Of a DNA stretch of 64,000 nucleotides, positions 37,410 through 45,303 are shown piece after piece. The stretch is from an uncultured bacterium (lineage in GTDB: Bacteria; Krumholzibacteriota; Krumholzibacteriia; LZORAL124-64-63). Within the stretch, counting starts at the first letter, position 1, and each line of letters begins with the position of its first letter. The position numbers and the translations under genes are program-made. The stretch covers positions 146,828-210,827 of the forward strand of contig CAVSGO010000006.1 of NCBI GenBank assembly GCA_963727525.1, given 5' to 3'. The notes beneath the pieces were generated by a model that saw only the letters and a list, made by a program, of their open reading frames with translations, did no database searches and was not told where the DNA came from.

Positions 37410-38786
37410 TCAGCGTCCGAAGCCGGCCGTCTGCACCCCGTCCAGGGGAGCGGGGTCGGCACGCAGCGAGATGATGTAGTCGGCGAGCGCGGACTTCTCC
37501 TCCGCGGTGCCCGGCACCGGCGGCATGAAGGGGCGCGCGTTCTGGATGCCATCGAGATAGGTGACCAGGGCGGCGTGGTCCCAGCCTTGCCAGCCGTACA
37601 TCGCGCCGAACTTCTGCACGATACTGTTCACGCCGTGAGTGGTGTGGCAGCGGCTGCACGCGAGGCGGAACATCTCGCGGCCGGCCATGAGTGTATTGTC
37701 GTCGGTGACGTCGTGCACCACGGCGTAGGAGGCGTGGGCCAGCAGGCCGTCTTCCGCGTAGAGCGGGTAGTCCTGGGCGCGCAGCCCGTTGCTGTACATG
37801 TAGGCCTGGACGACCTCGGGCTTGCGGATGAACTCGCGCACGCGCTCGAAGTAGCTGAGCTGCCACACCGCGAAAAGCACCGGCACGATCATCGCCACAG
37901 CAGGCAGGCGGCGTGGCGCCAGCAAACCCCACACGGCGACCAGCACGACCACGCCCACCGAGACCGCGATGACGACGCGTAGCGGATCGTAGAGCTGCTG
38001 GAAGTTCAACGTCGTAAGGGCCACGGGGAGGTTGGCGTGCATGCGTTCGGGGATGACCTTCCAGTACGACCACGCGCCCACCAGCCACGCCGGGCTGAAG
38101 GCCAGGGCCCAACCGCTGATCGCGCGCACGGCGCGACCGCGGAACTCACTGCCGCGCTCGGTGAAGAGCACCGTCAGGAAGAGGGCGAACATGGCGGCCG
38201 TCACCAGAGCCAGTGGTGTGCGGAAGAAGAGCTGCGGTAGGTAGACGGGGTTGAGCGCCGCGGTCCAGAAGCCTGGATTCACCGTCCACACGCCGGTGTC
38301 CATCTGGAAGCTGAGGATGGCCACGATCACGGCCATGGTCAGCCAGGAGGCGACGCTCAGCGCCACGCCCAGCCCGAGGTGCGCCTTCTTGTGCGCCTTC
38401 GCCCACATCGTCTTCCACGACAGCATGTAGATCAGGATGAGGGCCACCTCGGTCACGAAGACCGTCCACTCGAAGAACCACGCCCAGAAAAAGACGCGGA
38501 TCAGGGAGCCTATGGCGTTGGGGTTCACGAGGCTGGTCGACAGCCAGATGCCCACGCCCGTGAGCGCGCCCAGGCTGGTGGTGACGATGAACGCCACGAA
38601 CAGGATGCGATACGCCAGGCGGTCCCACTGCTCGTCGCGAGTGCGGATGCCCAGCCACTCCAGATACGTCACCAGCGGCGCCAGCCCCACGGCCAGCATG
38701 TGGTTGATGATCACGTGGAGGGAGGCGATCACCGCGATCAGCAGGCGGTTGCCGAAGAAGTCGAGGTGAAAGACCGGGAAATCCAT
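37410..38786 (-). CDS. Cytochrome bd subunit I (CydA)-like protein fused to cytochrome c (subunit A)
   Basis: LHVIINH, GALTGVGIW, WFFEWTVFVTE, REFIRKP (GRQPW-like); CSRCH, FMPP; GAGGA then ATG38786. Confidence 0.8.
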   Translation of the reverse strand: MDFPVFHLDFFGNRLLIAVIASLHVIINHMLAVGLAPLVTYLEWLGIRTRDEQWDRLAYRILFVAFIVTTSLGALTGVGIWLSTSLVNPNAIGSLIRVFFWAWFFEWTVFVTEVALILIYMLSWKTMWAKAHKKAHLGLGVALSVASWLTMAVIVAILSFQMDTGVWTVNPGFWTAALNPVYLPQLFFRTPLALVTAAMFALFLTVLFTERGSEFRGRAVRAISGWALAFSPAWLVGAWSYWKVIPERMHANLPVALTTLNFQQLYDPLRVVIAVSVGVVVLVAVWGLLAPRRLPAVAMIVPVLFAVWQLSYFERVREFIRKPEVVQAYMYSNGLRAQDYPLYAEDGLLAHASYAVVHDVTDDNTLMAGREMFRLACSRCHTTHGVNSIVQKFGAMYGWQGWDHAALVTYLDGIQNARPFMPPVPGTAEEKSALADYIISLRADPAPLDGVQTAGFGR

Positions 38787-39090
38787 GACGGGCATCCTCT
38801 TCGGTTGCATGCGCGGGCCAGGTGCGCGCGGCGGGGGCCTTCACGCCGCGTTCCTCGCATATCCGCGTGGCCCACGCCGGAAACCCCACCGGAATCGTGT
38901 GAGTTAAGTCTTTCTCGAAGAAGAAGTTACGCGACGCGGCATGGTAATGGCAAGGCGGGACACACGCCAGCACGCGATAGCCTGGAACACACCGGGGTGG
39001 CGTCCGTAAGGACCGGGTTCGATCTTGGGTACGACGCGTAGCGCCGACCGTCCCGGCCGGCGCGCCTTCCCACGATGGAGGTCGTTTTCG

Positions 39091-40278
39091 ATGCGCAAGT
39101 TCTCCCTCACGTTCCTCGTCGGCCTGGTCGCGGTCCTGGCACTCGCGGCCGGAACGGCGCACGCCCTGCCGGCGGCGCCGATCATCGCCCAGAGCTGGGA
39201 CGAGGCGGTGGCGTTGTCTCAGCAGCACGGTTCGCCGATCGTCATCGACTTCTATACCGACTGGTGACCGAGCTGCAAGGTCTTCGCCCGTGAGGTGGAG
39301 GAGAATCAGCAGCTTCGCGGCTATCTGGCCGGGATCGTGCTCTTCAAGAACAACTGCGAGAAGGGTGCGGGCATCGATGTCGCCAAGAAATACGAAGTGC
39401 ACGTATACCCGACCTTCGCCATGGTCGACGCCAGCGGCGAGGTGACCGATCGCTGGGCCGGCTACCAGGGCGCCGACGGCTTCATCGCCACCGTGGACGC
39501 GGCCCAGGCCGACCCCCGGACGATCAAGGAGAAGGTGGCGGCGTTCGACGAGGAACCGACGGTGGCGCTGTCGCGCTCGCTGGGACAGTACAGCGAGGCG
39601 GTGGGTGCGAACACCGACGCCATCAAGTACTACCGCAAGGCGATGGTCCTTGACTCAACGCTCGCCAAGGAGATGCGCAGCCAGGTCTTCATGGCCGCGT
39701 TCTATGGGTTGCGTTCGGGTGAGGTGACGGGCGATCAGCTCATGGCCGTGGGCCACGAGATCATGGATGCGCCCGGGAGCGATGCGAACGACTATCTCAT
39801 GGTCGCCAGTATCGCCAAGCGCGTGGCGTCGGCCAACGACTACGTGCCGATCCTGCAGAAGGCCCTGACCGCCACGGCGAATTCCGACGATCCGGAGATG
39901 GCGGAGTACCGGCAGGATCTCCTCGTCGACGAGGCTCTCCTGATCAAGAACGACAAGGACGAGGCCCTGCGTCTCAAGCGGGATACGCTCACCGACACGT
40001 GGCGCAACGATCCCGATGAGATCAACAGCTTCGCCTGGTGGTGCTACGAGAACGACCTCAACCTGACCGAGGCCTACGACCTCGCCATGCGCGGCGCCGA
40101 TCTGGCCGCCGACGACGGCACCCGGGCCAACATCCTCGACACGGCGGCCTACATCGCCTTCAAGAAGGGCGACCAGGCCAAGGCTATCGAGCTGGAGACA
40201 CGCGCCGTGAAGTTGGCTCCCGATCGCCAGGGTCTGCAGCGCACGCTGGAGAAGTTCAAGAGCGGGGAGGCCGGCTGA
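39091..40278 (+). CDS. Secreted thioredoxin-like/TPR protein, probable selenoprotein (TGA at codon 59)
   Basis: ORF-track pieces 39025..39267 and 39295..40278 are in the same frame. Read-through gives IVIDFYTDW-(TGA)-PSCK, then VHVYPTFAMVD (cis-Pro loop). GGAGG, signal peptide and TPR-like C-terminus (NSFAW, NILDTAA) present. Confidence 0.85.
39282..39295 (+). promoter_or_regulatory. Candidate bacterial SECIS hairpin
   Basis: CTTC-GCCCGT-GAGG begins 15 nt after the TGA, with a G first in the loop. The stem is short and was not folded computationally. Confidence 0.35.
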
Positions 40279-40303
40279 GACTTCCCGAGACGCCCGTATC
40301 GAT

Positions 40304-40345
40304 GCAAGCGGCCGTGGATCTCTGGATCCGCGGCCGCTTGCTTTT
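40304..40345 (+). terminator. Intrinsic terminator
   Basis: GCAAGCGGCCGTGGATC...GATCCGCGGCCGCTTGC hairpin followed by TTTT. Confidence 0.75.
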
Positions 40346-40383
40346 CGTCGCGGTCTTGCGGGACGTCGCCGTTTCGTGTACCG

Positions 40384-40399
40384 TACCAACCGGTAGGTA
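40384..40399. promoter_or_regulatory. Candidate TetR/NemR-like operator
   Basis: TACC-A-ACCGGT-A-GGTA near-perfect palindrome touching the tetR start codon. Confidence 0.6.
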
Positions 40400-41049
40400 T
40401 GGAAATGCAGGTACAGCGAACACAACACGAATCCAAGCGCAAGCTCCTCGACGCCGCCCTCCGCGTGATCCGTACGAAGGGCTACGAGGCGGCGACGGTG
40501 GAGGATATCTGCCGGGAGGCGGGGCTGACGAAGGGCAGCTTCTTTCACCATTTCAAGGGGAAGGAAGACCTGGCCGTGGCGGCGGCGGAGTACTTCGCCA
40601 CCATGGCCGACGGGCTCTTCGCCGACGCGCCGTACCGGCATCTCGAGGATCCGGTCGAGAGGGTGCTCGGGTATGTCGATTTCCGCCGCGCGATCCTGCG
40701 CGGTGCGTTGCCCGAGTTCACGTGTCTGCTGGGGACGATGGTCCAGGAGACGTACGCGACCCACCCGGCCATCCGCGAGGCCTGCGACACGCACATCAGC
40801 GCGCACGCGGCCGACGTCGCCCGCGATCTCGCGGCGGCACAGGCGCGCGTGCCTTCTTCCCGGGCGAGCTGGAACCCGGAGGATCTCGGCCTCTTCACGC
40901 AGGCCGTGATCCAGGGCGCCTTCGTGCTCGCCAAGGCCCGGGGCGGCCCCGAGGTCGCCGACGCGTGCCTCGCGCACCTGCGGCGGTATCTCGAGCTGCT
41001 CCTCGATCGCCCATTCCCAGCCGCGAAGGACGACGACCATGACGGATAG
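40399..41049 (+). CDS. TetR family regulator (NemR-like)
   Basis: LLDAALRVIRTKGYEAATVEDICREAGLTKGSFFHHFKGKEDL; CLLGT. Confidence 0.93.
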   Translation: MEMQVQRTQHESKRKLLDAALRVIRTKGYEAATVEDICREAGLTKGSFFHHFKGKEDLAVAAAEYFATMADGLFADAPYRHLEDPVERVLGYVDFRRAILRGALPEFTCLLGTMVQETYATHPAIREACDTHISAHAADVARDLAAAQARVPSSRASWNPEDLGLFTQAVIQGAFVLAKARGGPEVADACLAHLRRYLELLLDRPFPAAKDDDHDG

Positions 41050-41815
41050 ACAGCACCCCTTTTGCTGGTACGAGCTGACCACGCCGGACGCCACGGCGGC
41101 CGCGCGATTCTACGGCGACGTGTTCGGGTGGACGGCGCGCGATGCCGGCAACCCCGCGATGCCATACACCCTGCTCGCCTCCGGAGGTCGCGACATCGGC
41201 GGCATCTATCAGTTCCCGGACGATCCGAGCTGCGCCGGCATGAAGCCGGGCTGGCTCGGCTACATCGCCGGCGATGTCGAGACCGACGTACCGCGCGTGC
41301 AAGCGGCGGGCGGCACGGTGCACAAGGCGTGCACGGACATTCCCGGCGTAGGCCGCTTCGCGATCGTCGGCGATCCGCACGGCGCGGCGTTCGTGATCTT
41401 CACGCCTGACCCGATGCCGGGCGACATGCCCGAACCCGTGCCGGCCACCACGCCGGGCCACGTGGGCTGGCACGAGTTGCACGCCGGCAACGGCCTCGAG
41501 GCCTGGGAGTTCTACTCGGGGCTCTTCGGCTGGACGGGACGGGACGGGCTCGATATGGGACCAGCCGGCGTCTACCGGATCTTCGCGATCGACGGCGTGG
41601 ACCGGGGCGGCGTGATGACGAAGATGCCGGAGATGCCCGCGCCGAGCTGGCTCTACTACGTCACTGTGGCGGGCATCGACGCGGCGATCGCTCGCGTGAG
41701 GGCTGCCGGCGGCACGATCATCAACGGACCGCACCAGGTTCCCGACGGCCCATGGATCGCCCAGGGTGCGGATCCTCTGGGTGGGATGTTCGCGATGATG
41801 TCGGAAGCCCGCTGA
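41039..41815 (+). CDS. Two-domain VOC/glyoxalase family protein
   Basis: FCWYELTTPD, GRFAIVGDPHGA, VGWHELHA, WLYYVTV, DPLGGMFA. Confidence 0.92.
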   Translation: MTDRQHPFCWYELTTPDATAAARFYGDVFGWTARDAGNPAMPYTLLASGGRDIGGIYQFPDDPSCAGMKPGWLGYIAGDVETDVPRVQAAGGTVHKACTDIPGVGRFAIVGDPHGAAFVIFTPDPMPGDMPEPVPATTPGHVGWHELHAGNGLEAWEFYSGLFGWTGRDGLDMGPAGVYRIFAIDGVDRGGVMTKMPEMPAPSWLYYVTVAGIDAAIARVRAAGGTIINGPHQVPDGPWIAQGADPLGGMFAMMSEAR

Positions 41816-42833
41816 ACGCGCGGTGCCCCTCGCGGCGGGGCGCCCCCGTGGCGCCCCGCCGCCGATAAGTGCCCGGAGCGACGCCGAGGTAGCGCTTGAA
41901 GACCTTGCTGAAGCTCGCCTCGGCGCGATAGCCGACGCGGTCGGCGACCTGGGCGAGCGTGAGGTGTCCCTCGCGTAGGTGGTTCGCCGCCACCTGCATC
42001 CGCCACCGCGTGAGGTACTGCAAGGGCGACTCGCCCACGAGCCCGCGGAATCGCGATGCAAACGCCGAACGCGACATGCCCACCCGAGCGGCGAGCGACT
42101 GCACCGTCCAGGCATCGTCGGCGTGCGCATGCATCAAGCCGAGCGCCTCGCCGATCAACGGGTCGCGCAGACCGGCCAGCCAGCTCGGGCCAGTGTACGC
42201 CAGTTCCTCGATGGTGGTCTGCAGCACCTGGATGAACAGGGCCTCGGTGAGCCGATCGAAGAGGGCGCCGCGTCCCGGACGCCCCGCGATGGTCTCCTGG
42301 GCGATGAGGTCGAGCGACGATTCCAGCCACGATCGCGCCCGGCCACCCTCGCCCCGGATCGATAGCACCGGCGGCAACACCGACAACAGGGGATGGGCGG
42401 AGCCGTGGTCGAAGCTGAAAAAACCGCAGATCAGGTCGGCCTGCGCCCCGTCGCCGCCGATGCGCAGCGGCGCATGGACCGGGTCCCGCTCGCCCTCGGG
42501 CACATGGGCGAGCAGCTCCTGCAGAGGCACGGCCGGTGTGGCCGGTCCGTCGGCGACCACGTGGGCGTCGCCATGGGGGAGTACCACGATGTCCCCGGCC
42601 GACAGGGCCATCGCGTCGAACCCGCCCGCCACCGACGGGCGCAACCAGCAACTCCCCGCGCGGATGACGTGGAACTGTGCCGCGTCGCTGGCCGGCACCT
42701 CCAGGCCCCAGGGTGCGCGCAGCTCCGAGCGGAAGTACAGGCTGCCGCCCAGATGCACCGATTCGAGGATGCTGGTCAGGGCATCGTGGCTTGCCTGTGG
42801 ACGATCGGACATGAATTCTGCATGAATCGTCAT
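41721..42833 (-). CDS. AraC family regulator with cupin_6 domain
   Basis: DALTSILESVHL, FHVIRAGSCWL, GDIVVLPHGDAH, WTVQSLAARVGMSRSAFA, VGYRAEASFSKVFK; GGAG then ATG42833. Confidence 0.92.
   Translation of the reverse strand: MTIHAEFMSDRPQASHDALTSILESVHLGGSLYFRSELRAPWGLEVPASDAAQFHVIRAGSCWLRPSVAGGFDAMALSAGDIVVLPHGDAHVVADGPATPAVPLQELLAHVPEGERDPVHAPLRIGGDGAQADLICGFFSFDHGSAHPLLSVLPPVLSIRGEGGRARSWLESSLDLIAQETIAGRPGRGALFDRLTEALFIQVLQTTIEELAYTGPSWLAGLRDPLIGEALGLMHAHADDAWTVQSLAARVGMSRSAFASRFRGLVGESPLQYLTRWRMQVAANHLREGHLTLAQVADRVGYRAEASFSKVFKRYLGVAPGTYRRRGATGAPRREGHRAFSGLPTSSRTSHPEDPHPGRSMGRREPGAVR
41832..41862. terminator. Perfect 13-bp hairpin between convergent genes
   Basis: GCGGCGGGGCGCC-cccgt-GGCGCCCCGCCGC; no U-tract. 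Confidence 0.55.
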
Positions 42834-42908
42834 AGCTGCTCCAGTTCCTGGTCCTACCATAACGGCATGATCGCTGACCAACCAGCCCACATCGGAAAAG
42901 AGGAAACC

Positions 42909-43814
42909 ATGAGCATAGTCGTCACCACCCCCACGGGGAACATCGGATCGGTTGTGACCAGCACGTTGCTGGATCGAGGCGCCAAGCCCGTGCTGATCGC
43001 GCGCGATCCTTCCAAGCTCGAGGACGCCGCCCGCCGCGGCGCGACCGTGAAGCAGGGCAGCCACGCCGACGCCGGGTTCCTGGTGGAGGCCACGCAGGGT
43101 GCGGTCGCTCTGTTCGTCGTCACCCCGCCCGACATGCAGGTGCAGGACATCAACGGTCACTACCGGCGCTTCGCCGAGGCCGCGGCGCGGGCCGCGCACG
43201 AGAACGGGATCGGGCATGTGGTCCACCTGTCCAGCGTGGGCGCCGAGCTCGCGAGCGGCAATGGCCCGGTGGCCGGTCTGCACCTGGCCGAGACCATTCT
43301 CGACGGCGCGGGGATTCCGAACCTGACGCACCTGCGGCCGGTCTACTTCATGGAGAACACGCTTGGTCAGATTCCCGGCCTGATCCAGACGGGCAACCTG
43401 TTCACCACGTTCCCGGCCGGTATGCGATTCCCGATGATCGCCACCCGCGACATCGGTGTACGCGCCGCCTCCCTGCTGCACGACCGCGTCTGGTCCGGTC
43501 ACCGGATCCAGGAGCTGCACGGCGCCGAGGAGACGGGCTACGAGGAGGTCGCCAGCATTCTGAGCGACGTGCTGGGACGCGACATCAATCATGTCACCGT
43601 GTCCGGCGAGCAGTTCGTGCAGGCGCTCACCGGCATGGGCATGAGCAAGGTCATGGCCGACGCGCTGGCCGAGCTGAGCGGGGCCCTCGCGTCCGGCAAG
43701 ATCAAGCCCCAGGAGCCGCGCAATGCCGCGAACACCACGCCGACGACCTACCGCAGCTTTGCCGCCACCGTGTTCAAGCCGGCGTACGAGGCGGCGCAGG
43801 TGGCGGCGCGGTAG
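42909..43814 (+). CDS. NmrA-like NAD(P)H-binding protein
   Basis: IVVTTPTGNIGS, VVHLSSVGA, LRPVYFMEN, MIATRDIG. Confidence 0.9.
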   Translation: MSIVVTTPTGNIGSVVTSTLLDRGAKPVLIARDPSKLEDAARRGATVKQGSHADAGFLVEATQGAVALFVVTPPDMQVQDINGHYRRFAEAAARAAHENGIGHVVHLSSVGAELASGNGPVAGLHLAETILDGAGIPNLTHLRPVYFMENTLGQIPGLIQTGNLFTTFPAGMRFPMIATRDIGVRAASLLHDRVWSGHRIQELHGAEETGYEEVASILSDVLGRDINHVTVSGEQFVQALTGMGMSKVMADALAELSGALASGKIKPQEPRNAANTTPTTYRSFAATVFKPAYEAAQVAAR

Positions 43815-43904
43815 CCGCGCGGTCTATCCTGATGACAATCGTCGTCTGTCTGGTATGGTCATCGCCGGGACGCGCGCCGGCGATGACCGGCCAGAAAGGA
43901 CACC

Positions 43905-45287
43905 ATGCACATCACCTTCCACGGTGCCGCGGGGGGCGTCACCGGTTCGAAGCACCTGCTCGAGACCGGGGCGCACAGCCTGCTTGTCGACTGTGGTCTC
44001 TTCCAGGGCCCCAAGGACCTGCGCCAGCTCAACTGGAAACCGCCTCGCTTCGATGTGGCCGGCCTCGATGCGATCCTCCTGACTCACGCGCACCTCGATC
44101 ACACCGGCTGGTTGCCGCGCCTGCTGCAATATGGGTTGCGCGCCCCGGTGTACTGCACCGAGGCCACCGCCGAACTGGCCGAGCTGATCTTGCTGGACAG
44201 CGCCCACCTGCAGGAGGAAGACGCGGCCTGGGCGAACAAGAAGAAGTACTCCAAGCACCAACCGGCCTTGCCGCTGTACACCACCACCGACGCCCTCGCC
44301 GCGCTCAAGCGGCTGCGTCCCGTGCGCTATGAGCAATGGCACGAGGTGGTGCCCGGCGTGCGGGTACGCTGGCATCTGGCGGGGCACATCCTGGGTGCGT
44401 CGTTCCTGGAGCTGGCGATCAAGGAGAACGGGCGCGAGCGCACGGTCGTGTTCAGCGGTGATCTCGGGCGGTACGACGAACCCTTGCACCACGATCCGGC
44501 GCCGCGGCCCGATTGCGACGTGCTCGTGATCGAGTCGACGTACGGTGATCGGTTGCACGACCACGAACCGGTGGAAGACCAGATCGGTCCCGCATTCAAG
44601 GAGACGATCCGCCGGCGCGGCGTGGTGCTGATCCCGGCCTTCGCGGTGGGCCGTGTGCAACTCGTCACGCTGATCCTGCGCGAGCTGATGAAGGACGGCG
44701 ACCTGCCCGAGGTGCCGATCCATATCGATTCGCCCATGGCGATCGACGCCACGGCGGCGTACTCACGCCATCTGCTCGACCACACCCTCGACGAGGACCT
44801 CACCGAGGAGGGGCGTAAACTCCTCTTCCCGCACGACGTGCTCGTGAGCCGCACGGTGCACGACTCGAAGCGGATCAACGCGCTCGATGGCCCCATGGTC
44901 ATCGTATCGAGCAGCGGCATGATGACGGGTGGGCGCATCCTGCACCACCTGACGCGGCGCGTGGGCAAGTACGAGAACCTGATCCTGCTGTCGGGTTACC
45001 AGGCAGTGGGCACGCGTGGCCGGGCGCTGCAGGACGGGGCAAAGACACTGAGGATCCATGGCGACGAGTGGCCCATCGTCTGCAAGGTGCTGACCATCCA
45101 CGGCCTTTCCGCCCATGGCGACTGGCAGGAGATGATGCGCTGGGCCGGCTCGGCCTCGACCCATCCCCGGACGACCTTCGTGGTGCACGGCGAGCCGTCG
45201 CAGGCCGAGAAGTTCGCGGTGCGCATGCGGGCACAGACCGGCGGCGACGTGCACGTGCCCACGCTCGGACAGAGCTTCGAGGTCTGA
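43905..45287 (+). CDS. MBL-fold beta-CASP ribonuclease (YSH1-like)
   Basis: VTGSKHLL, THAHLDH, AGHILG, FSGDLG, ESTYGDR, FAVGR, LSAHGD, VVHGE. Confidence 0.93.
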   Translation: MHITFHGAAGGVTGSKHLLETGAHSLLVDCGLFQGPKDLRQLNWKPPRFDVAGLDAILLTHAHLDHTGWLPRLLQYGLRAPVYCTEATAELAELILLDSAHLQEEDAAWANKKKYSKHQPALPLYTTTDALAALKRLRPVRYEQWHEVVPGVRVRWHLAGHILGASFLELAIKENGRERTVVFSGDLGRYDEPLHHDPAPRPDCDVLVIESTYGDRLHDHEPVEDQIGPAFKETIRRRGVVLIPAFAVGRVQLVTLILRELMKDGDLPEVPIHIDSPMAIDATAAYSRHLLDHTLDEDLTEEGRKLLFPHDVLVSRTVHDSKRINALDGPMVIVSSSGMMTGGRILHHLTRRVGKYENLILLSGYQAVGTRGRALQDGAKTLRIHGDEWPIVCKVLTIHGLSAHGDWQEMMRWAGSASTHPRTTFVVHGEPSQAEKFAVRMRAQTGGDVHVPTLGQSFEV

Positions 45288-45303
45288 ACCGCAAGGCGGC
45301 GCC

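Noticed and set aside
38897-38912. TGTGA-N6-TCTTT CRP/FNR-like half site upstream of the CydA-like pair
   Set aside because: Only one half-site matches.
38990-39040. GGGTTCGATC T-loop-like sequence suggesting a tRNA (e.g. tRNA-Sec)
   Set aside because: No acceptor stem, D arm, anticodon arm or CCA could be built.
39295-40278. Separate 327-aa gene starting at GTG39295, plus an 80-aa upstream peptide
   Set aside because: The split cuts the thioredoxin fold at its active site; a single read-through gene is more parsimonious.
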